Notes: generated from the sequence alone by a model not told the origin. 64,000 bases of DNA from Flavobacteriales bacterium (GCA_044371675.1 JBILTF010000002.1:5962-69961); one strand, 5' to 3'; positions 48,959 to 59,159 are shown, counted from the first letter of the stretch. Numbers and translations: made by a program.

Positions 48959-51112
48959 ATGAAGAAATTATTCATTGCTTCTTTTACTCTATTTCTTGCT
49001 CTAACATCAATAGCTCAAGAAAAGAAAAACTTAACACTCGAAGAAGCAGTTCTTGGTCAGTTTAGACAATTTTATCCCGAGCATTTGCAATTGCAATGGA
49101 TTCCTGGAACCGACAGATACTCTCAGATAAAAAATGACACACTGTTTAGCCAAGCTGCCATGGGCAAATCGAAGCCGACCGTTGAACTTACCCTTGCTCA
49201 AGTGAACAGCGCTTTCGAAATAAATGGTATTGAAAAAGCAACAAGTATGCCTCGTTGGGAATGGATTTCAGCAAACGAACTGCACGCAACTGCAACTTCG
49301 TCTTCTGCAAAAAACAAAACCGTTGAAGTGACTTTCAACGTGAAAAGTAAAATGGCAAATGTGGTGAATGCCTACGACACCGATGCCGAAAACGTAGATT
49401 TCCACAAGAAAGGAAATGTAGCTTTCACAAGAGTAAACAATTTGTTCGTGAAGAGCGGTGCAGAGGAGAAACAAGTGACCTTTAATGTTGAAGGAATTGT
49501 CAGTGGACAAAGTATTTCACGCAATGAATATGGCATTGCAAAAGGAACGTTTTGGTCGAAGGAAGGAAATCGTTTGGCCTTCTATCAAAAAGATGAATCA
49601 AGCGTGTCTGAATATCCGTTAATCAATTACAACACAACTCCTGCTAGCGTGAATAACATTCGTTATCCTATGGCAGGTGATTCGAGTGAGAGAATTAGCA
49701 TTGGCGTATACGATATCAAAACTGGAAAGACCATCTTTCTTAAACTAAATGGTGGGATTTTAAACGACACGTATTACGCAACCAACTTGTCTTGGAGTCC
49801 CGATGAAAATTTCATTTTACTTGCTGAAATGAATCGTGCTACAACCACCTGCAGCGTGAACGTTTATAACGCCGTTAACGGTGATTTTATTCGAACCCTA
49901 TTTACAGAAGCCGACGCGCGCTGGGTTGAACCTGATCAAGCACCCTACTTCCTTTCGAATACAACATTTCTGTGGTACACATGGAAGAATGGCTTCCACA
50001 ATTATTACCTGTATGATTTAGCAGGAAATTTAACTGCGCAAACCAACGCGAACTTCGAATTGATGTCTATTCTAGGATTGAGCGACGACAAGAAAACCAT
50101 TTTCTTCGAAGGAACTGGAACGAATGCGACCGAGCGTCATCTTTACTCTGCTCCTACTTCAACATTGAACCTAACCGCCATAACCAATGAAGCAGGTACA
50201 CACGGCATTCAAGTTTCTTCTAACGGAAAGTACTTCATAGATCAATTCAGTTCGCTTTCTGTTCCAAACCGTGTTTCAATTTCTCTCGTTGATAAAGGAA
50301 TCCCCAACGTAATTTTAAAGTCCGAAGACAAACTGAAAAACTATAATGTAGGGACAACTGAAATCTTCAACATTAACGCTAACAATGGCACTTCACTCTA
50401 TTGTCGACTCATTAAACCTTCCAACTTCGACCCGGAAAAAAAATATCCTGTGGTCGTTTATGTATACAACGGTCCGCACGTTCAATTGATTTCAAATTCT
50501 TATTTAGGTGGAAGCTCATTGTGGATGAACTACCTCGCTGAGCAAGGTTATTTGGTATTCACTGTTGACGGACAAGGTTCAGCGCATCGCGGAAAGGAAT
50601 TCGAGCAAATCATTCATCGCCAATTGGGCACGCAAGAAATGGCCGATCAATTAGCAGGTGTGGAATGGTTGAAGAAGCAATCATATGTAGACCCTGCTCG
50701 CATGGCGGTTCATGGATGGAGCTTCGGCGGATTCATGACTACCTCACTTATGCTTCGTGCACCGGGTACATTCAAAGTAGGTGTCGCTGGTGGACCTGTT
50801 ATCGACTGGCGCTTGTATGAAGTTATGTATACGGAAAGATACATGGACACTCCGCAAGAAAACGCTGAAGGTTTCGATGCAAACAACTGCACGAAACACG
50901 CAGATAAACTTCAAGGTAAATTGTTAATGATACACGGTGCCGACGACAACGTAGTAGTTCTTCAACACAACATGCGTTTCTTAAAGGCTTGTGTAGACAA
51001 AAAGATACCTGTTGACTTTTTCGTTTATCCTGGACATGAGCACAACGTTCGTGGAAAAGACCGTGTACATCTCATGAATAAAATAATCACTTACATCACC
51101 GATAATTTATAA
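48959..51112 (+). CDS. S9B dipeptidyl-peptidase IV
   Basis: Signal peptide and beta-propeller region. Catalytic HGWSFGG, plus later D and H blocks (HGADDNV, GHEHNV). Confidence 0.9.
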   Translation: MKKLFIASFTLFLALTSIAQEKKNLTLEEAVLGQFRQFYPEHLQLQWIPGTDRYSQIKNDTLFSQAAMGKSKPTVELTLAQVNSAFEINGIEKATSMPRWEWISANELHATATSSSAKNKTVEVTFNVKSKMANVVNAYDTDAENVDFHKKGNVAFTRVNNLFVKSGAEEKQVTFNVEGIVSGQSISRNEYGIAKGTFWSKEGNRLAFYQKDESSVSEYPLINYNTTPASVNNIRYPMAGDSSERISIGVYDIKTGKTIFLKLNGGILNDTYYATNLSWSPDENFILLAEMNRATTTCSVNVYNAVNGDFIRTLFTEADARWVEPDQAPYFLSNTTFLWYTWKNGFHNYYLYDLAGNLTAQTNANFELMSILGLSDDKKTIFFEGTGTNATERHLYSAPTSTLNLTAITNEAGTHGIQVSSNGKYFIDQFSSLSVPNRVSISLVDKGIPNVILKSEDKLKNYNVGTTEIFNINANNGTSLYCRLIKPSNFDPEKKYPVVVYVYNGPHVQLISNSYLGGSSLWMNYLAEQGYLVFTVDGQGSAHRGKEFEQIIHRQLGTQEMADQLAGVEWLKKQSYVDPARMAVHGWSFGGFMTTSLMLRAPGTFKVGVAGGPVIDWRLYEVMYTERYMDTPQENAEGFDANNCTKHADKLQGKLLMIHGADDNVVVLQHNMRFLKACVDKKIPVDFFVYPGHEHNVRGKDRVHLMNKIITYITDNL

Positions 51113-51125
51113 TTTCGGCCCACTT

Positions 51126-52211
51126 ATGAAAAACACTTCACTTACTGAAAAGCACATTGCGCTTGGAGCGAAAATGGTTCCATTCGCAGGTTACAATATG
51201 CCTGTTCTATACGCGGGATTAATGCAAGAACACCACTGCGTGAGAAACGACGTGGGCGTTTTCGATGTTAGTCACATGGGCGAATTTTGGATCAGCGGTC
51301 CAAAAGCTTTCGATTTAATTCAATACGCTACTTCTAACGACGTTTCGAAATTGTTCGACGGAAAAGTTCAATACAGCTGTTTGCCGAACGCGACAGGTGG
51401 AATTGTTGACGACCTTTTGGTTTACCGCGTGAACGAAGAAATGTATTTGTTGGTGGTGAATGCTTCGAACATTGATAAAGATTGGAATCACCTTTCTGAA
51501 TTGAACAAGGAGTTCGGAGCAACCATGGTAAACAAGTCAGATGACACTTCGTTGTTGGCGGTTCAAGGACCGAAAGCTGCAGCTGCATTGCAATCGTTGA
51601 CCGATATGACGTTGAGCGACATGGAGTATTACACGTTCAAAATTGGGACATTTGCTGGCGTTGAAAACGTTGTTGTTTCAACAACAGGATATACCGGTGC
51701 GGGTGGATTCGAGATTTACTTCCCGAATGAAGCGGCTAATGACATGTGGGACAAAATATTTGCAGCAGGCGCTGAACAAGGTATTCAGCCAATTGGATTA
51801 GGCGCAAGAGATACCTTACGTTTGGAAATGGGATTCTGTTTGTACGGAAACGACATCAACGATACTACCTCTCCGCTTGAAGCTGGATTGGGATGGATCA
51901 CGAAGTTCAGTTCGCCTTTCTTGAATTCTGAAAATCTAAAAGCACAGAAAGAAGCCGGAGTAACGCGTAAGCTTGTGGCTTTCGAAATGATCGACAAAGG
52001 AATTCCTCGTCACGATTATGAAATTGCAGACGCCAGCGGAAACGTTGTGGGAATTGTAACGAGCGGAACACAAAGCCCAAGCTTGGAAAAGGCAATTGGA
52101 ATGGGTTACGTACCAACAGCTATGAGCACTTTAGGAACAGAAGTATTTATTTTAGTTCGTGGAAAATCGTTGAAAGCCGTTGTGGTTTCACTTCCATTCT
52201 ACAAGAAATAA
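51126..52211 (+). CDS. gcvT: glycine cleavage system aminomethyltransferase T
   Basis: [31 protein letters not shown] and [10 protein letters not shown] motifs. Confidence 0.95.
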   Translation: MKNTSLTEKHIALGAKMVPFAGYNMPVLYAGLMQEHHCVRNDVGVFDVSHMGEFWISGPKAFDLIQYATSNDVSKLFDGKVQYSCLPNATGGIVDDLLVYRVNEEMYLLVVNASNIDKDWNHLSELNKEFGATMVNKSDDTSLLAVQGPKAAAALQSLTDMTLSDMEYYTFKIGTFAGVENVVVSTTGYTGAGGFEIYFPNEAANDMWDKIFAAGAEQGIQPIGLGARDTLRLEMGFCLYGNDINDTTSPLEAGLGWITKFSSPFLNSENLKAQKEAGVTRKLVAFEMIDKGIPRHDYEIADASGNVVGIVTSGTQSPSLEKAIGMGYVPTAMSTLGTEVFILVRGKSLKAVVVSLPFYKK

Positions 52212-52233
52212 TTTCAATTTATGTTGAAATGAA

Positions 52234-52259
52234 AATGCCCTCCTAAGAGGGCATTTTTT
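52234..52259. terminator. rho-independent terminator between convergent gcvT and the rhodanese-thioredoxin gene
   Basis: AATGCCCTC stem, CTAA loop, GAGGGCATT stem, then a T6 tract. An A-tract lies on the other side. Confidence 0.8.
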
Positions 52260-52277
52260 CTTTATGTGAAGTTGGAA

Positions 52278-52973
52278 TTACAATCCCATTTTAGCCTTCA
52301 ATTCTTCTTTTGAAATGAGTCCAACATTTGTGAATTTCAATTCATTGTTGGAATAATATTTTAATGTTGGAAGTGCGTCAACGCCCAATTCTGTCGAGAT
52401 TTTGGGATTTTCATCCATATCAATGGTTACAATTTTCAATGAAGGATTTTCCTTCGCTAGTTCTTCCAAAGAAGGCTTCATTTTACGGCAAGGAGCGCAC
52501 CACTCGGCAGAAAAATCGACCAGTACATTTCCACCCGAAACAAGCGTTTTATAATCTTCTGAACTCATTCCGCCATTTGCACTCACCTTTCCAGTAACAA
52601 CAGGAAGGCCTGCAGATTTCCATTTCATAATTCCACCTTCAAGATCATACACCTCGGTGTAACCTTGATTGCGCATAGCCGCAGCAGCGTTCGAACTTCT
52701 TGCTCCACTTCGACAATAAACGAAGACTGGAGCATTCTTATCAATGGCATCAATTCTTCGCTGAAAATCATTACCGTTCCAATCGGCTAACAAAGCCCCT
52801 TCAATATATTCCTTTGAGAATTCTTCAGGAGTACGAACATCTAGCAAAACTGCATTTGGCGTTGCTTTTAGCTTTTCAGAAAACGATTTCGCATCAAGAA
52901 GAGGATTTCCTGCCTGTGAAGAACAAGCGCTGAATAATAGCGCCACGAACAATAGTAAATTTGAATATTTCAT
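52278..52973 (-). CDS. lipoprotein fusing a rhodanese domain to a thioredoxin domain
   Basis: The internal Met gives MKYSNLLLFVALLFSACSS. Rhodanese loop YCRSGARS and thioredoxin WCAPC. Confidence 0.85.
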   Translation of the reverse strand: MKYSNLLLFVALLFSACSSQAGNPLLDAKSFSEKLKATPNAVLLDVRTPEEFSKEYIEGALLADWNGNDFQRRIDAIDKNAPVFVYCRSGARSSNAAAAMRNQGYTEVYDLEGGIMKWKSAGLPVVTGKVSANGGMSSEDYKTLVSGGNVLVDFSAEWCAPCRKMKPSLEELAKENPSLKIVTIDMDENPKISTELGVDALPTLKYYSNNELKFTNVGLISKEELKAKMGL

Positions 52974-53074
52974 ACTGCATATTACGAAGAATAATCTATA
53001 GTACAAATGAGAGAAGTTAAATTCTTACCTTGTGCGATAGGAATAACAAAGGCCGTTCCTATTACATTTGTAAT

Positions 53075-54955
53075 ATGAAGGTTTACGTTCTCCTAGCAGC
53101 ACTTTTTGTTTCTTCTTTTTCCAGCATGGGGCAATGTGTGGTCATTAACGAAGTCATGGTGAATGCCGCGGGTGCGTGCGACGGAAGCTGCACCCCGAAC
53201 ACTGGTGAGTGGATTGAGTTGTATAACAACTGTCCGTTCACTTGGAACATTGAGTGTTATATTCTTACAGATGGAGACTTTTCAATTACACTTCCAGCAG
53301 GGACAACAATTCCTGGAAATGGATTTATTGTCATTGGATCTTCCAATTCAGGTGTGGCTGTTGACGTGAACATTGGCACATGCGGATGTACCACAGGGCC
53401 AAATGCTCAGGTTGGAATTTTAACGAACAGTGCAGAGCAATTAATTCTTTACGACAACCTCGGAACCATTATCGACGGTATCGTTTGGGGTGGCGGACAA
53501 TGGAATCAGCAAACTTCGTTTACTACGAATTCTTTTGGCATTTGTCCGACGTTCACGGTGCCAGTACTTTCTGTTTTCACACAGATTCAAACCGTGCCTG
53601 CGCAAGCCAATAACGACGGACTTACTGTATTCAGGAGCTGCGATGGCGTGAATCCATGGGTGTCAGGAACTTTGCCTCCATCTCCGGGAGCATCCAACAA
53701 CAGCGATGTTCCTGTTACCGCAAGTTTCAGTCTTTCTGAAAACAGCGTTTGCGAAGGAGATTGCGTTCAAGTAACAAATACTTCAGCAGGTAATCCGGGC
53801 TTGTGGACATGGCTTGTCAATGGCGTTGCAGATCTAACTTTAGACAGCATTGCTCCGGCTATATGTTACACTTCACCTGGAGTTTATTCCTATTCACTCA
53901 TAGCTAGTAACGGCTGTTCGGCAGATACGCTAATCGATGGTGCAACGGTGAACGTTATTCCGTTGAGTACCTTGAATGTCACCCCTGATATAGACGCCGT
54001 AATTTGTGACAACACTCCAACCACCTTTTCTACCACCAGTATTTGCAGTACTTACCAATGGCAGTTAAACGGAGCTGACATTGCAGGAGCCAATGCAGAT
54101 TCATATACTACGAATGCCGATGGAGTGTATTCGCTTACTTGTCCGAACGACATTTGTATAGCGCCAAGCGCGCCTGTTGAGATAGACTATCAGAATTTTC
54201 AAACCGAGCTCTCCCCTGCTTCAACCGTTTTATGCATTGGAGAAAGTCAGCAACTAACGCTGAGCGTTTTGAGCGATGGTCCTGCGGTGAACAATGAATG
54301 GACGTTAAATGGAAATCCGCTTACTTCTGGTTTTACCAGTTTCTTGGGGGTCGACATGGGTGTTTATTCTGTCATTAGTTCTAATCCAGATGGCTGTACA
54401 TCTAATGCAACAGCAGAACTCATTAGCGCGAATAACAATCCGGTTATTTCCATTCAAAACCTCACGCAATCGGGATGTTGGGACGGACCAACGACCTTGG
54501 GAATTGATCCAACTTATTCGAACATTTTTTGGTACGATGGCTCTTCCGATTTCAGTATTGAATTGCTTTCCAATTCAACTGTGAGTGTTGCTGCGCTAGA
54601 TCCGAACGGATGCGATGCTTCGGGCACCTATACGTTAGATCTTCCGGAATGCGCGAATCTCTTGGTTCCAAATATCTTCAGTCCAACCAACGACGGTTTC
54701 AACGAAACGTTTCACTTGGTATTTTCCGGAGATGGAAGTACAACTGCTGTGACGAATTATTCCATTCAGATCTTCAATCGTTGGGGGACATTGGTGTTCG
54801 AATCTACTGATCCGGATAACAATTGGAACGGAATCATTAACGGAAACGACGCTTCAACTGGCGTTTATTATTACGTTGTGAATGCTGAATACGCGAACGG
54901 AGAATCGATCTTATCGCCCGAGCAGCGCAGCGGATGGTTCCAGCTGGTTCGTTAG
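53075..54955 (+). CDS. T9SS-secreted lamin-tail-domain / PKD-repeat protein with type-B C-terminal sorting domain
   Basis: MKVYVLLAALFVSSFSSMGQ signal peptide. LTD: VVINEVMVNA...GEWIELYN...ILTDGD. Cys-rich Ig-like repeats. C-terminus: VPNIFSPTNDGFNETF...IFNRWG...WNG...YYYVV. Confidence 0.85.
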   Translation: MKVYVLLAALFVSSFSSMGQCVVINEVMVNAAGACDGSCTPNTGEWIELYNNCPFTWNIECYILTDGDFSITLPAGTTIPGNGFIVIGSSNSGVAVDVNIGTCGCTTGPNAQVGILTNSAEQLILYDNLGTIIDGIVWGGGQWNQQTSFTTNSFGICPTFTVPVLSVFTQIQTVPAQANNDGLTVFRSCDGVNPWVSGTLPPSPGASNNSDVPVTASFSLSENSVCEGDCVQVTNTSAGNPGLWTWLVNGVADLTLDSIAPAICYTSPGVYSYSLIASNGCSADTLIDGATVNVIPLSTLNVTPDIDAVICDNTPTTFSTTSICSTYQWQLNGADIAGANADSYTTNADGVYSLTCPNDICIAPSAPVEIDYQNFQTELSPASTVLCIGESQQLTLSVLSDGPAVNNEWTLNGNPLTSGFTSFLGVDMGVYSVISSNPDGCTSNATAELISANNNPVISIQNLTQSGCWDGPTTLGIDPTYSNIFWYDGSSDFSIELLSNSTVSVAALDPNGCDASGTYTLDLPECANLLVPNIFSPTNDGFNETFHLVFSGDGSTTAVTNYSIQIFNRWGTLVFESTDPDNNWNGIINGNDASTGVYYYVVNAEYANGESILSPEQRSGWFQLVR

Positions 54956-55818
54956 AATCTGAAGCTAGCGCCCATGCGCACTCCGAAGTAATTGTAATAT
55001 TGTCCATCTAAAACAGCGGCACCAGAAGCAGACAGTCTTCCGTAGTAACGCATGTAGCTGTGAGCTAACAACGCGTGAATATTAATTTGGTCGTTTAATT
55101 TCAAAGACACACCTGCTCCATCGCTAAAGTCGAACGAACCCACGCTTCCTTTATGGTAAGCGATTCCCGTTGAAAGCATCACAAGTGGACTAATCTTTTT
55201 ATTGGGCATTAAACGTGCTCGAAGATCGAGCATGAATGGAACCGAGAAACCAATGTCGTCTGAATATCCCATGGCACCAATGCCTATTCCTGCAAACGCC
55301 CAATTTTTATAACCGATACCATTTACGGAGTACACACCACCAAAGGAAGATGCATTAGCAACAGTTTTCTTATCAATGATAGGTGCTCCTGTCCAAGGAT
55401 CAAAAACGGGCATACCTGTATAAATATCAACACGAGGAACATCAATCAACAGTCCTCCTATTTTTCCAACCCCTAAACCAACAACTCCTTCGTTCACTGA
55501 CTCGAAATAAAAATCTTCGTAGGTTTTCTTTGCTTTCGATGCGGGCATGGTATTGATATCCGCTGCGCTTAACTCCGCAGGCTTCGAAGTGTTTTTATTG
55601 TTTGCATCAAGTACAATGTATTCAATATCGTTAAACGGAATATCAATCACCGCATTAACTGAAATCTCAATGGTGAAAGACTCTTGTGGTTTGTATCCAA
55701 CAATACGCGCGGTAAGCACATCACCGTTTTTCAAATAAATTTTAGACTTGGTTGTTCCCTGCGCCATACCAGCAGCAGAAAGGAAACAAGCGAAAAGGAA
55801 TAGAATTACTTTGTTCAT
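54952..55818 (-). CDS. outer-membrane beta-barrel protein, unknown function
   Basis: MNKVILFLFACFLSAAGMAQG signal peptide, Gly-rich strands, C-terminal ...GVRMGASFRF. Confidence 0.65.
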   Translation of the reverse strand: MNKVILFLFACFLSAAGMAQGTTKSKIYLKNGDVLTARIVGYKPQESFTIEISVNAVIDIPFNDIEYIVLDANNKNTSKPAELSAADINTMPASKAKKTYEDFYFESVNEGVVGLGVGKIGGLLIDVPRVDIYTGMPVFDPWTGAPIIDKKTVANASSFGGVYSVNGIGYKNWAFAGIGIGAMGYSDDIGFSVPFMLDLRARLMPNKKISPLVMLSTGIAYHKGSVGSFDFSDGAGVSLKLNDQINIHALLAHSYMRYYGRLSASGAAVLDGQYYNYFGVRMGASFRF

Positions 55819-55890
55819 TTTGCTAAAATAAGGTAACGACATGTTTTAAAAAAATTCTGAATTTGCAAGGCGCAATCCTATTTTTTTTAA

Positions 55891-55919
55891 AAGAAAAAGC
55901 CTCGAATAAATCGAGGCTT
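55891..55919 (-). terminator. rho-independent terminator after tRNA-Ser
   Basis: AAGCCTCGA / TCGAGGCTT stem (55897-55905 and 55911-55919). A T-rich tract follows on the minus strand. Confidence 0.7.
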
Positions 55920-55925
55920 TTCAAG

Positions 55926-56010
55926 CGGAGAGCTAGGGATTCGAACCCCAGGACCTGTTACAGTCAACAGTTTTCAAGACTGCCGCAATCGACCACTCTG
56001 CCAGCTCTCC
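55926..56010 (-). tRNA. tRNA-Ser (anticodon TGA)
   Basis: Hand fold of the reverse complement: acceptor GGAGAGC/GCTCTCC, anticodon stem GCAGT/ACTGT with loop CTTGAAA, a long variable arm, and T-arm CTGGG-GTTCGAATC-CCTAG. Confidence 0.9.
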
Positions 56011-56066
56011 GCGGCAAAGATAATATCTTTTTCTAATCTCAAAAGAGTTTTCTTAAATTCGTTGCA

Positions 56067-56792
56067 ATGAATCTTGCATCTATCTCAAAATCAATAGCGC
56101 TCTCCTGCATTTTTATGGCAACAGCCGATTTCAGTGCCGCTCAACACTACGCTATCCTTCAAAATGGAGATTCAATAACCGGAATTCGTTTGAGCTACGA
56201 TTCGCCCATTGCACAGAATGCCTATTTCACCCTCGATCAAAATAGATGGAAGGCCAATGAAATTGTTCGCTTTAGCAATAACAACGGGACATTCGCGAAC
56301 CTTTCACACATTCACGGAAACGATACTGAACGTTATGCCGTGCGCATTAAAAAAGGAAGAGCCAATGCCTTCGAAGAAATTCCTTTCGGCGTGTATTGCG
56401 ACGATACCCTGCGCGTTTACCCTGGAATGAAAAAGATCAACAAACTCCTTGCATCCGGAAAACAACTCGATTACTACAACATTGGCAATGGTCCTGTTTA
56501 TGCAGCAAACTACAAGAACATGATGCGCGACTTTAGTTCGAACAGCGAGTCTGTATACTACATCGAACACCACCGCAAATTGAAGCGCATGCAGGTGGCG
56601 CTGCTCGCAGCAGGACTGGGGATTATGTCGTACGAATTTATTCGTCAAGATAACTTCGAAGGCACTCCCATCTTCGCCCTTGGCGCAGTTATCTCTCTCG
56701 CCCCACTGCTTCAACAATCTCCAAAGAAAGAAGACATCTGGATAGCCTTTGATGAATTCAATAAGCCGAAATTTCAAACAGAGAATCCCTAG
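56067..56792 (+). CDS. hypothetical secreted/membrane-anchored protein
   Basis: 241 aa with an N-terminal signal-like segment and two C-terminal hydrophobic helices. I recognise no family. Confidence 0.5.
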   Translation: MNLASISKSIALSCIFMATADFSAAQHYAILQNGDSITGIRLSYDSPIAQNAYFTLDQNRWKANEIVRFSNNNGTFANLSHIHGNDTERYAVRIKKGRANAFEEIPFGVYCDDTLRVYPGMKKINKLLASGKQLDYYNIGNGPVYAANYKNMMRDFSSNSESVYYIEHHRKLKRMQVALLAAGLGIMSYEFIRQDNFEGTPIFALGAVISLAPLLQQSPKKEDIWIAFDEFNKPKFQTENP

Positions 56793-56810
56793 TCCAAATC
56801 GAATTACACC

Positions 56811-57494
56811 ATGCAAAAACACATCCCCGCTTCCGTCTTTTCATTCTTGGAAGACTTGAATGAAAACAATAACCGCGAGTGGTTTCAACTCAATAAAGAA
56901 AGGTATCAAGAGCAATACAATTCAGTTGCTTTGTTTGCAGACGAGCTGCTCTCTCAAATGAAGCAATGCGATAACATTGAGACTACAAGTGGAAAGAAGT
57001 CGATATTTCGAATATACAAAGACGTTCGTTTTTCAAAAGATAAGTCTCCTTATAAAACTAACATCGGCGGAGCGTTCACGCGTGCGACGAAAGAACTGCG
57101 TGGCGGATACTACTTCCACATTGAACCGGGAAACTGTTTTCTAGGCGGTGGATTCTGGGGGCCGTCTCCGGAAGATTTGAAACACATTCGCATGCAAATC
57201 GCTGCCGATCCAGAACCGCTTCAAGAAATACTTTCATCGAAAGAATTTATTTCCACCTTCGGAAAATTGGAAGGTGAACAACTGAAAACCGCTCCGAAAG
57301 GATTCGACAAAGATCATCCTGCTATTCACCTAATCAATTATAAACAGTTCTTGCTTGTAAAGCGCTTCACCGACAAACAATCGCAATCGGAAAAATACCT
57401 CGAGAACGTTTTCACCACTTTCCAAGCCATGCGTCCGTTCTTCGATTACATGAGCGAGATACTTACGACGGATTTGAATGGAGAACCGATTTGA
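56811..57494 (+). CDS. DUF2461 (TIGR02453) family protein
   Basis: FLEDLNENNNREWFQLNKERY and IFRIYKDVRFSKDKSPYKTN are the family hallmarks. Confidence 0.85.
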   Translation: MQKHIPASVFSFLEDLNENNNREWFQLNKERYQEQYNSVALFADELLSQMKQCDNIETTSGKKSIFRIYKDVRFSKDKSPYKTNIGGAFTRATKELRGGYYFHIEPGNCFLGGGFWGPSPEDLKHIRMQIAADPEPLQEILSSKEFISTFGKLEGEQLKTAPKGFDKDHPAIHLINYKQFLLVKRFTDKQSQSEKYLENVFTTFQAMRPFFDYMSEILTTDLNGEPI

Positions 57495-57616
57495 ACTACG
57501 TAATTGGAACTTCGTTATTCCTACTTCGTAATGGGAAAATCGAAGATTTTATTCCTACTGAGTAATGGGAAAACCGTTGGTTTTATTCCTACTGCATAAT
57601 TGGAACTATGTTGTTA
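57495..57616. repeat. about 3.6 tandem copies of a 34-nt unit (TTATTCCTACTnnGTAATGGGAAAAyCGnnGrTT), each with a 6-bp/3-nt-loop hairpin
   Basis: Units lie at 57515-57548, 57549-57582 and 57583-57616, with a partial unit at 57495-57514. Hairpins are AAAATC-GAA-GATTTT and AAAACC-GTT-GGTTTT. The array fills the whole gap between two convergent stop codons. Confidence 0.85.
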
Positions 57617-58078
57617 AAAGATAGAAAGAATTTTTCCTTCTTGAAGATTCCAACGGAAGGCTTCTCCTATTTTCTTTCCAAACAGCGCTTGTCCAATTGG
57701 AGAGGCAGCACTTATGATGAAACAATCTCCTGATGGTAAGGTGAGTTTTCCGAAAGAGGTTATGATATAATACCAGCCCACGCTAGTTTCAACCAATGAG
57801 CCACTTCGAACGTGATTGTTCGGTTCCAGTTTAGACGGATTGAATCGCTCTAACTCTTCGCATTTGCGATTGTGCTCTAGCATTTGCTTTCCCATCTTCT
57901 CCAATTCCAAATGAACCTGCGCCCTCGCAGTCTCGTGCTTATCTCCAGCCGAACTCTTCCCCTCTTGCTTGTTCGATTCCATAAGTTCATTCCACGCCAA
58001 TTGCATCTCAGCTCCTCGCTCCTGAATCACCTTCACCAATGCTTCGTAAACTTCTTTCTTATTCATTTTTATAATCAC
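57614..58078 (-). CDS. GreA/GreB-family C-terminal-domain protein (short, Bacteroidota type)
   Basis: N-terminal coiled coil. The C-terminus VRSGSLVET...IISAASPIGQALFGKKIGEAF resembles the GreA C-terminal domain. Confidence 0.65.
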   Translation of the reverse strand: MIIKMNKKEVYEALVKVIQERGAEMQLAWNELMESNKQEGKSSAGDKHETARAQVHLELEKMGKQMLEHNRKCEELERFNPSKLEPNNHVRSGSLVETSVGWYYIITSFGKLTLPSGDCFIISAASPIGQALFGKKIGEAFRWNLQEGKILSIF

Positions 58079-58097
58079 AAATAACTTTAAATAAAAT

Positions 58098-58143
58098 CGT
58101 CGAAGACATTCGCCAACGGCATTCGTCCAAAGGACATTCGTTA
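58098..58143 (-). repeat. CGAATG-word array (3 units), sense with respect to the upstream minus-strand OMP gene
   Basis: The minus strand reads GTAACGAATGTCCTTTGG ACGAATGCCGTTGG CGAATGTCTTCGAC. There is a 15-nt identity between 58099-58113 and 37355-37369 in opposite orientation. Confidence 0.75.
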
Positions 58144-58171
58144 CTGACGTAACATTACTTGCTCCGCAACA

Positions 58172-59062
58172 TTACCAGGTGAACTTAATGCCAACACAAT
58201 TCTGCATACTCGGATAAACATACGTCTTTGCTTCAGGAATGCTTAATACTGAAACAGTCGGACGCAATTCAAAAAACAGATGCATCTTTTTCATGACTTC
58301 ATTCTTCTTTCCCAAACGAAAATCTACCCCAATAGGAACATACAACGCCGCCATGTAGCCCATCTTATTCTGAAAAACTTGACGATTAACATTCGAAGAA
58401 TTATATACAGACTGCGTTGAAATGTAATTGTCGTTGGTATCTGTTATTTGCTCTGAATCCCATGAATGAGAATAGATCTCCGTGCGCGGTGCAAGTGTAA
58501 TTCCGAAATTCAATCCGACTCCGGAATAAAATGAAAATCGTTTAGAAACATCGGTGGATGCCAAATAAGAAAAATCCAATTTTACCGCTGTAGCCATGTA
58601 AGAGCTGTAGGTAAAATCGCGATGAATAGAATCTACAAATCCGTATATGCTTCCGTTAGCAGAAGACACCAACGTATCTATTCTTGTCGTAAAAGAATTA
58701 GATGTGTTGAAGATGGAAGCGCTGATTCCCTGCGCCGATATTCCTGCGCGGAAAGTGCGATTCTTATTATACTCTCCTAATAATCCGTTTTTCTTTAACG
58801 GATGAAAAGCAACATTCATATTTAATGTCGGTGCATCCCAACCAAACTGAGTGGTATAAGGCACTGGATTCGCGGGAATCTGAGCTCCGGGTGCAAGAAC
58901 ATTGAATTCATTCTGGTTAATGTTTAAAGGCGCCAACGAGCGATCACCTCCGAATGAAAGTTGAAATTGTGAAATCTTGTATTTCGGATGTTTCACTTCT
59001 TGCGCGGAAACAATTGCGCTCGATGCGATGGCTGCGGCCAAAAGAAGAATGCTTTTTTTCAT
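58172..59062 (-). CDS. outer-membrane beta-barrel protein, unknown function
   Basis: MKKSILLLAAAIASSAIVSAQE signal peptide, alternating strands, C-terminal ...VGIKFTW. Confidence 0.65.
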   Translation of the reverse strand: MKKSILLLAAAIASSAIVSAQEVKHPKYKISQFQLSFGGDRSLAPLNINQNEFNVLAPGAQIPANPVPYTTQFGWDAPTLNMNVAFHPLKKNGLLGEYNKNRTFRAGISAQGISASIFNTSNSFTTRIDTLVSSANGSIYGFVDSIHRDFTYSSYMATAVKLDFSYLASTDVSKRFSFYSGVGLNFGITLAPRTEIYSHSWDSEQITDTNDNYISTQSVYNSSNVNRQVFQNKMGYMAALYVPIGVDFRLGKKNEVMKKMHLFFELRPTVSVLSIPEAKTYVYPSMQNCVGIKFTW

Positions 59063-59104
59063 TGAATGTTTTTTTTTTCGGAAGGAGAACGAAATTACTT
59101 CGAA

Positions 59105-59112
59105 TATATTTG
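59105..59112 (+). promoter_or_regulatory. Bacteroidota -7 promoter box (TAnnTTTG)
   Basis: TATATTTG lies 47 nt upstream of the ATG at 59160. Confidence 0.35.
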
Positions 59113-59159
59113 CCGAACGCCAATTTCTATTCGCTTAGAAAAAATACAAATCAAAAATT

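Noticed and set aside
51113-51125. Glycine riboswitch upstream of gcvT.
   Set aside because: Only 13 nt separate the DPP4 stop from the gcvT ATG, so there is no room for the aptamer.
52985-53060. Weak resemblance to the word families (ATTACGAAGAATAATC, GAGAGAAGTTAAATTCTTACC, AGGAATAAC...TTCCTATTAC) in the divergent promoter region between the rhodanese-thioredoxin and LTD genes.
   Set aside because: There are only short single matches with no tandem structure, and this is a 5' region rather than a post-stop region. It is not strong enough to count as a member, though if real it would be an exception to the sense-after-stop pattern.
59069-59078. T10 tract (A10 on the minus strand) next to the OMP gene start at 59062, considered as a phase-variation tract.
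   Set aside because: It lies in the untranslated leader a few nt before the ATG, where A-rich leaders are the norm in Bacteroidota. There is no evidence for length variation from a single sequence.
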